Notes: generated from the letters alone by a model not told the origin. A stretch of 64,000 nucleotides of DNA from Burkholderiaceae bacterium (GCA_048500255.1 JASNYH010000006.1:133352-197351); one strand, 5' to 3'. Shown: positions 54,122 through 63,883, numbered from the stretch's first letter. A program made the numbers and translations.

Positions 54122-55663
54122 ATGGCGCGCATGCCCTCGCCTCCTGCTGCTGCCCCCTGGACCGAGCCGCTGGCGGCGGTCGACATCGGATCGAACAGCT
54201 TTCGCCTCGAGATCGGCCAGGTCGAGCAGGGTCTCTACCGCCGCGTCGACTACCTGAAGGAGACGGTGCGCCTGGGCGGCGGCCTCGACGCCGACGGCCT
54301 GCTCGGCGAGGAAGCGATGCAGCGAGGCCTCGATTGCCTGGCGCGCTTCGCGCAGCGTCTGCGCGGCTTCGCGCCGCAGCGCGTGCGCGCCGTCGCCACG
54401 CAGACGCTACGCGAGGCACGCAACCGCGACGCCTTCCTCGCGCGCGCGCAGGCCGCGCTCGGTCTGCCGATCGAGGTGATCGCCGGCCGCGAGGAGGCAC
54501 GCCTGATCTATGCCGGCGTGGCGCGGCTGCAGCCGTCGGATCGCTCGCGGCTGGTCATCGACATCGGGGGGCGTTCCACCGAGATGATCCTGGGCCGCGG
54601 CCACGTCGCGACGCGCGCCGAGTCGTTCCAGATCGGCTGCGTCAGCCTGTCGATGAAGTACTTCGGCGACGGCCGCTACACCGAGCAGGCCTTCCGCGAC
54701 GCGCAGATCGCCGCCGGCGCCGAGCTGGAAGAGGCACTCGAGCCGTTCGCGCCGACGCAGTGGCAGGAGGCGCTCGGCTCGTCGGGCACGGCCGGCTCGG
54801 TGTCGCAACTGCTGGCGGCCAGCGGCGTCACCGACGGCAGCATCACGCCGGCCGCGCTGCGCTGGTGCATCGAGCAGTGCCTGAAGGCGGGGCGCGCCGA
54901 CCGGCTGGCGCTCGCCGGGCTGAAGGACGACCGCCGCGCCGTGCTCGGCGGCGGGCTGGCGATCCTCTACACGCTGGTCGCGCAGTTCGGCATCGAGTCG
55001 CTGCAGCCGGCGCGCGGCGCGCTGCGCCAGGGCGTGATCTTCGAGCTGCAAGAGCGCGTCGCGGCGGCGCACGGCGCCGTCGAGGGCCGCGACCTGCGCG
55101 ACGACTCGGTGCTCGCGCTGCAGCAGCGCTTCGGCGTCGACGCGGCGCAGGCGGCGCGCGTGCAGGCGCTGGCACTGCGGCTGCACGCCGCGCTGCAGCC
55201 GGCCGCCGGCGACGACGACGACGCGCTCGAGGCGACGCGCGAGCTCGGGTGGGCCGCCGCACTGCACGAACTGGGCATGATGGTGTCGCACCACGACCAC
55301 CACCGCCACAGCGCCTACCTGCTCGGCCACGTCGACGCGCCGGGCTTCTCGCAGTCGCAGCAGCGGCGCCTCGCCGCGCTCGTGCTCGGCCAGCGCGGCG
55401 GGCTGCGCAAGATCGAGGCGCAGCTCGCCGACGAGCGCTTCGCCTGGCAGGTGCTCGCGCTGCGCCTGGCCGTGCTGCTGTGCCACGCGCGCCAGGCGCC
55501 CGATGCCGACGCCGTGGCCGTCGGTCGCAGCGGCCGCACGGCGACGCTGGCCTACGACGCCGACTGGGCCGCAGCGCATCCGCGCACCGTCTACCTGCTC
55601 GCCGAGGAGCAGGCGGCGTGGAAGCGCATCGACGGTGGGTTGCTGCTCGCGCTGCCGCAGTAG
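54122..55663 (+). CDS. ppx: exopolyphosphatase (Ppx/GppA family)
   Basis: 513 aa from ATG 54122. AAVDIGSNSFRLEI, IDIGGRSTE, and a C-terminal HD-like domain (..HELGMMVSHHDHHRHSAYL..). Confidence 0.92.
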   Translation: MARMPSPPAAAPWTEPLAAVDIGSNSFRLEIGQVEQGLYRRVDYLKETVRLGGGLDADGLLGEEAMQRGLDCLARFAQRLRGFAPQRVRAVATQTLREARNRDAFLARAQAALGLPIEVIAGREEARLIYAGVARLQPSDRSRLVIDIGGRSTEMILGRGHVATRAESFQIGCVSLSMKYFGDGRYTEQAFRDAQIAAGAELEEALEPFAPTQWQEALGSSGTAGSVSQLLAASGVTDGSITPAALRWCIEQCLKAGRADRLALAGLKDDRRAVLGGGLAILYTLVAQFGIESLQPARGALRQGVIFELQERVAAAHGAVEGRDLRDDSVLALQQRFGVDAAQAARVQALALRLHAALQPAAGDDDDALEATRELGWAAALHELGMMVSHHDHHRHSAYLLGHVDAPGFSQSQQRRLAALVLGQRGGLRKIEAQLADERFAWQVLALRLAVLLCHARQAPDADAVAVGRSGRTATLAYDADWAAAHPRTVYLLAEEQAAWKRIDGGLLLALPQ

Positions 55664-55723
55664 CGCGATTCGCCCGACCTCAGCCCGGCCATCGGCCGGG
55701 TCGCGCGAGAGAGCGCGAGCGCG

Positions 55724-56188
55724 CTACAGGCAGTCGGGCGCGATCACCGCCTGCAGCGCGACCTGCACCTCGCCGTCGCGCTCGCGGCGGCGCAACCACC
55801 ACACCGCGCCTTTCTTGATCGGCCACGACGCATCCTGCCCCGCCAGCAGGAGTGCGGCGACGGCGCCGAGCGTGGGCTGGTGCCCGACGACGAGCACCGG
55901 CTCGCCGGCACCCGGCCAGCGCGCTGCCTTCAGCATCGCGTCGACGCCGGCATCGGGCGCGATCGCGGCCACCGTCCTGAACGAGCGGCCGAGGGCGCGC
56001 GCCGTCTGCTGGCAGCGCAGCGCCGGGCTCGCCAGCACACGCGTCGAGTCGGCGAGGCGGTGGTTCAGCCACTGCGCCATGCGCTCGGCCTGGCGCTCGC
56101 CCTTGGGCGTCAGCGCACGCGCCAGGTCGTCGGCCTCGCCGGCGCGCAGCGGTTGCGCCTCGGCATGGCGCCACAGGATCAGGTCCAT
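55724..56188 (-). CDS. sixA: SixA-like phosphohistidine phosphatase (histidine phosphatase superfamily)
   Basis: 154 codons from ATG 56186-56188. LILWRHAEA (RH motif), LTPKGERQA and VVGHQP parallel E. coli SixA (IMRHGDA, LTTNGCDES, ISHLP). Starts 14 nt after the ppk1 stop. Confidence 0.75.
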   Translation of the reverse strand: MDLILWRHAEAQPLRAGEADDLARALTPKGERQAERMAQWLNHRLADSTRVLASPALRCQQTARALGRSFRTVAAIAPDAGVDAMLKAARWPGAGEPVLVVGHQPTLGAVAALLLAGQDASWPIKKGAVWWLRRRERDGEVQVALQAVIAPDCL

Positions 56189-56202
56189 CGGAGGCGTCCT
56201 CG

Positions 56203-58329
56203 TCATTCGCGGTAGCGAAGCATCAGCGCCTGCTGGGCACTGACGCCGTGCGGATCGGCGCCGCGCGCCGGCCGCACCGGCCGGTAGCTGCCGTCGGGCT
56301 GCTGCGCCCAAGCGTCGCGCGTGTCGTGCAGGTAGGGCACGAGGCATTCGTCGATCACGCGCTGGCGCAGCTTCGGGTCGACGACGGGCCATGCCACCTC
56401 GACGCGGCGGAACATGTTGCGCCCCATCCAGTCGGCGCTGGTGAGGAACAGCGCCTCGTCGGCGTCGCTCTCGCCCCAGCGGAAATAGAGCACGCGCGAA
56501 TGCTCGAGGAAGCGCCCGACGATGGATCGCACGCGGATGCGATCGCTCAGCCCCGGCACGCCGGGCGGCAGGATGCAGGCGCCGCGCACGACGAGGTCGA
56601 TGTCGGCGCCGGCCTGAGCGGCGGCGACCAGCGCCTCGATCAGCGGCACGTCGGTCAGCGCATTCACCTTGACGACGATGCGTGCCGGCCGCCCCTCTCG
56701 CGCGGCCGCGTCGACGAGCCCGACGTGGCGCAACATCTGCCGGTGCAGCCGGAACGGCGCCGTCAGCAGATGGCGCGGCGGCTTGACGCGCGTGAGGCTG
56801 GCGAGCTGCTGGAACACGCTGTCGGCGTCGGACGTCAGGTCGGGGTCGGCGGTGAGATAGCCCACGTCGGTGTAGAGCGCCGCGGTGCGGGGGTTGTAGT
56901 TGCCGGTCGACAGGTGCGCGTAGCGGCGCAGCGCGCCGCCCTCGCGCCGTGTCACGACGAGCAACTTGGCATGCGTCTTGAGCCCGACAATGCCGTAGAC
57001 CACCTGCACGCCGACCGCCTCCAGCCGTTCGGCCCAGTTGATGTTGGCCTCCTCGTCGAAGCGCGCCTTCAGCTCGACGACGCAGGTCACCTCCTTGCCG
57101 CGGCGTGCCGCATCGATCAGCAGATCCATCAGCGGCGACTCGCTGCCGGTGCGATAGATCGTCTGGTGGATCGCCAGCACATCGGGATCGGTCACCGCCT
57201 CGCGCAGGAACTGCACGACGGGCTCGAACGACTCGAACGGATGGTGCAGCAGCATGTCGCCGCCGTCGCGCAGCCGCGCGAAGATCGACTCGCCGCGCGG
57301 CAGCCGTCCCTGCGGCCACGCCGGTTCGTAGGGCGCGAAGCGCAGCGCCGGCGCATCGGCCTGATCGATCAGCTGGCTCAGCCGCACCAGGTTCACGGGC
57401 CCGTTCACCTGGTAGAGCGCCATCGCCGGCAGCGCGAACTGCTCGAGCAGGAACCGCGACAGCTCCGCCGGGCAGCTGGCGACGACCTCGAGCCGCACCG
57501 CCTGGCCGTAGTGGCGCGTCGTCAACCCGACGCGCAGCGCCTGGCGCAGGTTGGTCACGTCCTGCTCGTCGATCGCGAGGTCGGAATCGCGGGTGACACG
57601 GAACTGCGAGAACGCCTCGACCTCGCGACCCGGGAACAGCTCGTGCAAGTGGGCCCGGATCACGCTCGACAGCAGCACGAAGGCCTGCCGGCCGCCGGCG
57701 ATGGCCGCGGGCAGCCGGATCACGCGCGGCAGCACGCGCGGCACCTTGACGATGGCGATGGCGTTGTCGCGCCCGAAGGCGTCGCGCCCGCCGAGCTTGA
57801 CGATGAAGTTCAGCGACTTGTTCGCCACCTGCGGGAACGGATGCGCCGGATCGAGGCCGACGGGCACGAGCAGCGGCCTCACCTGCGTGCGGAAGAACTC
57901 GTCGACGTGGCGGCGCTGCGCAGCGTCGCGCTCGGCGTGGTTGAGCACGACGACGCCTTCGCGCTGCAGCGCCGGCATCACCTCGTCGTTGAACAACGCG
58001 TATTGCTCGTCGATCAGCGCATGGGCCGAATCGGCCACCGCACCGAGCTCGGCGCGCGACACGCCGCCACCCGGCGTGCGCGCCGCCTCGACGTAGTCGG
58101 CGTAGCGGACTTCGAAGAATTCGTCGAGGTTCGACGACACGATGCACACGTAGCGCAGCCGCTCGAGCAGCGGCACGTCGGCGCGGCGCGCCTGCGCGAG
58201 CACGCGGCGGTTGAAGGCGAGGATCGCCAACTCGCGGTTGAGCAGCGCCACCCGCGGCGGCGCGCCCGACGCCGCAGCGCCGGCCGTCGGCGGGGCGGTC
58301 GCCGGCTGCGGCGTGTCGTCCTCCTTCAT
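56203..58329 (-). CDS. ppk1: polyphosphate kinase 1
   Basis: 708 aa. NRELAILAFNRRVL, SNLDEFFEVR and ELKARFDEEANI..GLKTHAKL (His-containing PLD-like motif), collinear with E. coli PPK. The N-terminal 26 residues are low-complexity. An alternative GTG start exists at 58251. Confidence 0.95.
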   Translation of the reverse strand: MKEDDTPQPATAPPTAGAAASGAPPRVALLNRELAILAFNRRVLAQARRADVPLLERLRYVCIVSSNLDEFFEVRYADYVEAARTPGGGVSRAELGAVADSAHALIDEQYALFNDEVMPALQREGVVVLNHAERDAAQRRHVDEFFRTQVRPLLVPVGLDPAHPFPQVANKSLNFIVKLGGRDAFGRDNAIAIVKVPRVLPRVIRLPAAIAGGRQAFVLLSSVIRAHLHELFPGREVEAFSQFRVTRDSDLAIDEQDVTNLRQALRVGLTTRHYGQAVRLEVVASCPAELSRFLLEQFALPAMALYQVNGPVNLVRLSQLIDQADAPALRFAPYEPAWPQGRLPRGESIFARLRDGGDMLLHHPFESFEPVVQFLREAVTDPDVLAIHQTIYRTGSESPLMDLLIDAARRGKEVTCVVELKARFDEEANINWAERLEAVGVQVVYGIVGLKTHAKLLVVTRREGGALRRYAHLSTGNYNPRTAALYTDVGYLTADPDLTSDADSVFQQLASLTRVKPPRHLLTAPFRLHRQMLRHVGLVDAAAREGRPARIVVKVNALTDVPLIEALVAAAQAGADIDLVVRGACILPPGVPGLSDRIRVRSIVGRFLEHSRVLYFRWGESDADEALFLTSADWMGRNMFRRVEVAWPVVDPKLRQRVIDECLVPYLHDTRDAWAQQPDGSYRPVRPARGADPHGVSAQQALMLRYRE

Positions 58330-58335
58330 CGCGCC

Positions 58336-58369
58336 AGTCTATGAAGCTTTTGCGACGAATGCGTGACAG
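58336..58369 (-). promoter_or_regulatory. candidate Pho-box promoter upstream of ppk1
   Basis: Minus strand reads CTGTCAC-GCAT-TCGTCGC (58369-58352), then 10 nt, then TAGACT (58341-36), then 6 nt, then the ppk1 ATG. The first heptamer matches the E. coli CTGTCAT consensus at 6/7 and the second at 4/7. The spacing to the -10 is the canonical 10 nt. Confidence 0.25.
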
Positions 58370-58454
58370 CGGCGATCGTGCTGGCGGACACGCCGAGCGG
58401 CGCCTACACTGCGTTCATCCGCCGTAGGTTCAGGCACGCGCGAAGGAGGACGGG

Positions 58455-58751
58455 ATGACCGCTTTCAACGTCGTGCGGTTCCGGGTCAAGCCCGGCCGCG
58501 AGCAGGAGTTCGTCGACAAGCACCGCGATGCACGATCAGCCTTCGTCGGGTTCCGGCGCGGCTCGCTCGTCAAGACGGGCGATCGCACCTACTGCATCAT
58601 CGGCGAGTGGGACGGCATGGAGCAGCTCGCCGCCGCGCGCCCCTCGATGATCGCGCTGCTCGACACGTTCCGCGACACGCTCGAAGACCTGGGCAACGGG
58701 CTCGGCGTCACCGACCCAGTGTCTGGCGAAACCGTCCTCGAACTGCGCTGA
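58455..58751 (+). CDS. small ABM (antibiotic-biosynthesis-monooxygenase/Dabb-fold)-like protein
   Basis: 98 aa with AGGAGGA upstream. MTAFNVVRFRVKPGREQEFVDKH...IGEWDGMEQL resembles ABM/ferredoxin-like fold proteins. The family call is tentative. Confidence 0.6.
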   Translation: MTAFNVVRFRVKPGREQEFVDKHRDARSAFVGFRRGSLVKTGDRTYCIIGEWDGMEQLAAARPSMIALLDTFRDTLEDLGNGLGVTDPVSGETVLELR

Positions 58752-58851
58752 CGGCGATCCATCAAGCGGCTGCTGCGGATCCGGCTTTGGCGGGCCGCTG
58801 GCAGCTTCCGTTCGAGGGGGAGCTCCGAAGGCGCTCCGGGGGTGGGCCTGT

Positions 58852-61605
58852 TCAGTGCGCCTCGTCCCAGTTGCGCCCGACGCCCACTTCGGCCAGCAGC
58901 GGCACCTTCAGCTCGGCGATGCCGGCCATGATGCGCGGCACCTCGCTGCGCGCCCAGTCGAGCTCGACCTCGGGGACCTCGAAGACGAGCTCGTCGTGGA
59001 CCTGCAGCACCATGCGCGTCGCGCGCCGCTCGTCGTCGATGGCGTGCTGCACGGCGATCATCGCCAGCTTGATGAGGTCGGCCGCCGTGCCCTGCATCGG
59101 CGCATTGATCGCCTGACGCTCGGCGGCCGTGCGGCGCGGGCCGTTGCCGCCGCGGATCTCGGGCAGCCACACGCGCCGGCCGTACAGCGTCTCGACGTAT
59201 CCCTTGGCGGCGGCCGACGCGCGCGTCTCGTCCATGTAGCGCTTGACGCCGGGATAGCGAGAGAAGTAACGGTCGATGTAGTCGCGCGCCGCCTTCTGCT
59301 CGATGCCCAGGTTGCTCGCCAGGCCGAACGCGCCCATGCCGTAGATCAGGCCGAAGTTGATCACCTTGGCGTAGCGGCGCTGCTCGCTGCTCACGTCGTC
59401 GACCGGCACGCCGAACACCTCGGCCGCCGTAGCGCGGTGCACGTCGACGCCGCGCGCGAAGGCGTCGAGCAGCCCTTCGTCGCCCGAGATGTGCGCCATG
59501 ATGCGCAGCTCGATCTGCGAATAGTCGGCGCTGACGATGCGGTGCCCCGGCGGCGCGACGAAGGCCTCGCGCACGCGCCGGCCCTCGGGCGTGCGGATCG
59601 GGATGTTCTGCAGGTTGGGCTCGTTGCTCGACAGCCGCCCCGTCACGGCGACGGCTTGCGCATAGTTGGTGTGCACGCGGCCGGTGGCCGGGTTGACCAT
59701 CGTCGGCAGCTTGTCGGTGTAGGTGCCCTTCAATTTGGCGAGGCCGCGGTGCTCGAGGATCTTCGCCGGCAGCGGGTAGTCGGCGGCGAGCTTCTCGAGC
59801 ACCTCCTCGTCGGTCGACGGCGTGCCGCTGGCCGTCTTCTTGAGCACCGGCATCTGCAGCTTGGTGTAGAGCACGTCGCAGATCTGCTTGGGCGAGCCGA
59901 GGTTGAACGGCTGGCCGGCGAGTCGGTAGGCCTCGGCCTCGAGCGCGACCATGCGCTCGGCGAGCTGGCGGCTCTGCGCGGCCAGCAGCGCGGCGTCGAC
60001 CAGCACGCCGTGGCGCTCCATGCGCTGCAGGATCGTCGCCACCGGCATCTCGATGCGCTCGTAGACCTCGCGCAGCCGCGGCTCGGCCTCGAGCTGCGGC
60101 CACAGCGCCTGGTGCACGTGCAGCGTCATCTCGCTGTCCTCGCCCGAATACTCGGTGGCCCGGGCCACGTCGACCTGCGCGAACGGGATCTGGTTGGCGC
60201 CCTTGCCGCACACGTCCTCGTAGCTCAGTCCGCTGCGCCCGAGGTGGCGATCGGCCAGCCTCTCGAGCGAGTGAGGCAGGTGCGCCTCGAGCACGTAGCT
60301 CTCGAGCAGCGTGTCGTGGCGATAGCCGCGCACCGCCATGCCGTGATTGGCGAAGACCTGCAGGTCGTACTTGATGTTCTGGCCTACCTTGGGTGCCCCC
60401 TCGTCTTCGAGCCAGGGGCGCAGACGCGCGAGCACGGCGTCGAGCGCGAGCTGCGTCGGCGCGCCGGCGTAGTCGTGCGCCACCGGCACGTAGGCGGCGA
60501 CGCCGGGCTCCACCGCGAACGAGACGCCGACGATGCGCGCGCGCATCGGATCGAGCGAGTCGGTCTCGGTGTCGAGCGCGGCCAGCGGCGCGGCGCGCAG
60601 CCGCGCCATCCAGGCGTCGAGGTCGTCGAGCGTCGTCACCGTCCGGTAGTCGCGCGCCGGCGGCGGCGCATCGCCGCGCGGCGCGGACGGAGGCGGCGGC
60701 GGCGTTCCGGGCGGCGCGTCGCGCGCCATCACCGCCTCGAGCTCCTTGCGGAAAGTCTTGAAGCCGTAGCGCTGATAGAACTCGAGCAGCGCCGCGCGGT
60801 CGGGCTCGCGCAGCGCGAGCGACTCGAACGCCGGCCAGTCGGCGACATGGCCGGAGAGATCGCAGTCGACGACGACGGTGACCAGCCGCCGCGCCTGGGG
60901 CAGCCAGTCGAGCGCACGACGCAGGTTGTCGCCCGCCACGCCCTTGATCGATGCCGCCGCCGCGATCACGCCGTCGAGCGAGCCGTGCTCGGCGATCCAC
61001 CTGGCGGCCGTCTTCGGGCCGACCTTGTCGACGCCGGGCACGTTGTCGACGGCATCGCCTATCAGCGACAGATAGTCGACGATGCGCTCGGGCGCCACGC
61101 CGAACTTGGCGACGACGGCCGGCGCGTCGAGCACTTCGTTCGTCATCGTGTTGACCAGCGTGACCTGCGGCGCGACGAGCTGCGCCAGATCCTTGTCGCC
61201 CGTCGAGACGACGACGCGGTGGCCGCTCTTCGCGGCGAGGCAGGCCAGCGTGCCGATCACGTCGTCGGCCTCGATGCCGGGCACCTCGAGCACCGGCCAG
61301 CCGAGCAGGCGCACGACTTCGTGGATCGGCTCGATCTGGCGCGCCAGGTCCTCGGGCATCGGCGGGCGGTGCGCCTTGTAGTCGGCGTACCACTCGCTGC
61401 GGAACGTCGGGCCCTTGGCGTCGAACACGCAAGCGGCGTGCGACGACGGGTATTGCTCGCGCAGCCGCTTCATCATCGCCACCATGCCGTGCAACGCGCC
61501 GGTCGGAAAGCCGTCGGGGCTGCGCAGGTCGGGCAGCGCGTGGTAGGCGCGATAGAGATAGCTCGAGCCGTCGACGAGCAGCAGGGTGTTGTCGTTGTCC
61601 GCCAT
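58852..61605 (-). CDS. polA: DNA polymerase I
   Basis: 917 aa. 5-prime nuclease (LLLVDGSSYLYRAYHA), 3-5 exonuclease (ALDTETDSL) and polymerase motifs (DYSQIELRIMAH, RRYAKVINFGLIYG, QVHDELVFE). Confidence 0.97.
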   Translation of the reverse strand: MADNDNTLLLVDGSSYLYRAYHALPDLRSPDGFPTGALHGMVAMMKRLREQYPSSHAACVFDAKGPTFRSEWYADYKAHRPPMPEDLARQIEPIHEVVRLLGWPVLEVPGIEADDVIGTLACLAAKSGHRVVVSTGDKDLAQLVAPQVTLVNTMTNEVLDAPAVVAKFGVAPERIVDYLSLIGDAVDNVPGVDKVGPKTAARWIAEHGSLDGVIAAAASIKGVAGDNLRRALDWLPQARRLVTVVVDCDLSGHVADWPAFESLALREPDRAALLEFYQRYGFKTFRKELEAVMARDAPPGTPPPPPSAPRGDAPPPARDYRTVTTLDDLDAWMARLRAAPLAALDTETDSLDPMRARIVGVSFAVEPGVAAYVPVAHDYAGAPTQLALDAVLARLRPWLEDEGAPKVGQNIKYDLQVFANHGMAVRGYRHDTLLESYVLEAHLPHSLERLADRHLGRSGLSYEDVCGKGANQIPFAQVDVARATEYSGEDSEMTLHVHQALWPQLEAEPRLREVYERIEMPVATILQRMERHGVLVDAALLAAQSRQLAERMVALEAEAYRLAGQPFNLGSPKQICDVLYTKLQMPVLKKTASGTPSTDEEVLEKLAADYPLPAKILEHRGLAKLKGTYTDKLPTMVNPATGRVHTNYAQAVAVTGRLSSNEPNLQNIPIRTPEGRRVREAFVAPPGHRIVSADYSQIELRIMAHISGDEGLLDAFARGVDVHRATAAEVFGVPVDDVSSEQRRYAKVINFGLIYGMGAFGLASNLGIEQKAARDYIDRYFSRYPGVKRYMDETRASAAAKGYVETLYGRRVWLPEIRGGNGPRRTAAERQAINAPMQGTAADLIKLAMIAVQHAIDDERRATRMVLQVHDELVFEVPEVELDWARSEVPRIMAGIAELKVPLLAEVGVGRNWDEAH

Positions 61606-61655
61606 GGCGGCATTGTGCGGGATGGCCCCGCGCCGGCCGGCCTAGAATCGAGGCC

Positions 61656-62087
61656 ATGGACTCCCGCACGCTGCTGACGACGACGCTGCTCGCGGCCTGC
61701 TGCCTTGCGGCGCAGGCGCAGCCGGCGGCCGTGCCCGCCCCGCCGCGCCTGCCGCAGCAGGCGCAGCCGGCTGCGGCGCCGCCCGCAGCGCCTGCACAGC
61801 CGGCCAAGGCGCCGTCGCGCGCCGTCGTGGCGCCGTCGGTCGCGGCGCCGGGCGACGTCGAGCCCGGCGAGCCTCAGGTGCGGCGCATCGTCGTCGAGGA
61901 CGAGCGTGCGCGCATCTCCGAGCTGCGCGTGCGCGGCGTCACGCGGCGCGTCGTCGTCGACCCGAAGACCGGCATTCGCCGCTCCTACGAGGTGATCCCG
62001 AACGATCCGTCGCGCGATCCGTCGCCCGCCGTCGACTCGAATCGCGGCGCCGGCGGCCAGCGCGTCTGGAACGTCCTCGACTTCTGA
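61656..62087 (+). CDS. secreted hypothetical protein (DUF2782-like)
   Basis: 143 aa. Signal peptide MDSRTLLTTTLLAACCLAAQA, a Pro/Ala/Gln-rich segment, then a conserved-looking C-terminus (..RIVVEDERARISELRVRG..). The polA/thrB-adjacent position is typical of DUF2782 in Burkholderiales as I recall. Confidence 0.65.
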   Translation: MDSRTLLTTTLLAACCLAAQAQPAAVPAPPRLPQQAQPAAAPPAAPAQPAKAPSRAVVAPSVAAPGDVEPGEPQVRRIVVEDERARISELRVRGVTRRVVVDPKTGIRRSYEVIPNDPSRDPSPAVDSNRGAGGQRVWNVLDF

Positions 62088-63046
62088 TGGCCGTCTTCAC
62101 CGAGGTCTCGTTCGAGGAGGCCGCCGCGCTCGTGCGCCGGCTCGACATCGGCGCGGCGACGTCGCTGACCGGCATCGTCTCGGGCATCGAGAACACCAAC
62201 TACTTCGTCGACACGACGCGCGGGCGCTACGTGCTGACGCTGTTCGAGCGCCTGACGCACGAGCAGCTGCCGTTCTACCTCTACCTGATGCAGCACCTCG
62301 CGGCGCGCGGCATCCCGGTGCCGGCGCCGCACGGCGACGCGTCGGGCGCGCTGCTGCACACGGTGTGCGGCAAGCCCGCGGCGATCGTCGACCGGCTGCG
62401 CGGCGGCCACGAGATGGCGCCCGACGCCGCGCACTGCGCCGCGGTCGGCGGCGTGCTGGCGCGCATGCACGGGGCCGGGCGCGACTACGCGCGCTACCAG
62501 CCCAACCTGCGCGGCCTGGCGTGGTGGATCGAGACGGTGCCCGCCGTGCTGCCCTTTCTCGACGGCGGCCAGCGCGCGCTGATGCAGGGCGAGCTGGCGT
62601 TCCAGCGCGAGCTCGCCGCGTCGCCGGCCTGCCACGGGCTGCCGGCCGGGCCGATCCACGCCGACCTGTTCCGCGACAACGTGATGTTCGACGGCGGCGA
62701 GCTCTCGGGCCTGTTCGACTTCTACTTCGCCGGCGTCGACCACTTCGTCTACGACATCGCGATCTGCCTCAACGACTGGTGCGTCGACCTCGCCACCGGC
62801 CGCCTGGACGAGGACCGCGCCAACGCCTTCGTCGGCGCCTACGACGCCGTGCGCGCGCTCACCGGCGACGAGCTGCGCCTGCTGCCCGCCATGATGCGCG
62901 GCGGCGCGTTCCGCTTCTGGCTGTCGCGGCTGTGGGACCTGCATCTGCCGCGCGACGCCAGCATGCTCGAGCCGCACGACCCGACGCACTTCGAGCGCAT
63001 GCTGCGCGAGCGCATCGCGCGGCCTTGGCACTACTTCCGCACCTGA
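62087..63046 (+). CDS. thrB: homoserine kinase (ThrB type II, APH/choline-kinase fold)
   Basis: 319 aa. MAVFTEVSFEEAAALV..GIENTNYFV.. and IHADLFRDNV. The ATG shares one base with the upstream stop (TGATG). Confidence 0.9.
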   Translation: MAVFTEVSFEEAAALVRRLDIGAATSLTGIVSGIENTNYFVDTTRGRYVLTLFERLTHEQLPFYLYLMQHLAARGIPVPAPHGDASGALLHTVCGKPAAIVDRLRGGHEMAPDAAHCAAVGGVLARMHGAGRDYARYQPNLRGLAWWIETVPAVLPFLDGGQRALMQGELAFQRELAASPACHGLPAGPIHADLFRDNVMFDGGELSGLFDFYFAGVDHFVYDIAICLNDWCVDLATGRLDEDRANAFVGAYDAVRALTGDELRLLPAMMRGGAFRFWLSRLWDLHLPRDASMLEPHDPTHFERMLRERIARPWHYFRT

Positions 63047-63052
63047 CCCGAC

Positions 63053-63847
63053 ATGCAGATGCGTCTGAAGGACGTGCGGCCGGCGCAAGGCCTGCGCTGG
63101 GTGCGCCGCGGATTCGCCGTCTACCTGCGCCACCCGCTGGTCTACACGGCGATGTTCGCCGGCTTCCTGTTCGCGGCGCTGCTGCTGACGCTGATCCCGC
63201 TCGTCGGTCCGATCGTGCTGCTGGCGTCGCTGCCGATGCTGACGCTGGGCTTCATGATCGCGACGCACGGCGCGACGCAGGGCCGGCCACCGCGCATGGC
63301 GGCCTTCGTCGCGCCGCTGCGCACCGGCACGCCGCGCCGGCGCGCGCTGCTGCAGCTGGGCCTCGGCTATGCGCTGGCGACGCTGGCCATCGTGACGCTG
63401 TCCGACTGGGCCGACGGCGGCAAGTTCGAGGCGCTGCAGCAACTGCTCGCATCGGGCAACGTCGACGCGCGCGAAGTCGCCGCGCTGCTCGACGACGGCC
63501 AACTGCAGTTCGGCCTCGCGCTGCGCTTCGGGCTCGCCGCGCTGCTCGCGCTGCCGTACTGGCATGCGCCGGCGCTGGTGCACTGGGGCGGCCAGGGAGC
63601 GGGCCAGGCCCTCTTCTCGAGCATGCTCGCCTGCTGGCGCGCGCGCTGGGCCTTCGTCGCCTACGTGCTGGCGTGGGCGGCCGTGATCGGCGCCTTCGGG
63701 CTGCTCGTCAACCTGGTGTTCGGCGCGTTCGGCGCGCCGCAGCTCGTCGGCGCCGCGGCGCTGCCGGGCGCGCTGCTGCTGTCGACGGCGTTCTACGCGT
63801 CGCTGTTCTTCAGCTTCGCCGACAGCTTCAGCGCATCGGCGGGCTGA
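63053..63847 (+). CDS. conserved hypothetical polytopic membrane protein
   Basis: 264 aa with 5-6 hydrophobic helices. GLRWVRRGFAVYLRHPL.. is reminiscent of the BPSS1780/DUF2189-like proteins found after thrB in Burkholderiales. The family name is uncertain. Confidence 0.65.
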   Translation: MQMRLKDVRPAQGLRWVRRGFAVYLRHPLVYTAMFAGFLFAALLLTLIPLVGPIVLLASLPMLTLGFMIATHGATQGRPPRMAAFVAPLRTGTPRRRALLQLGLGYALATLAIVTLSDWADGGKFEALQQLLASGNVDAREVAALLDDGQLQFGLALRFGLAALLALPYWHAPALVHWGGQGAGQALFSSMLACWRARWAFVAYVLAWAAVIGAFGLLVNLVFGAFGAPQLVGAAALPGALLLSTAFYASLFFSFADSFSASAG

Positions 63848-63883
63848 GCGGCAAGCCGACCCGGCACGACCCGCCGGATCGGT

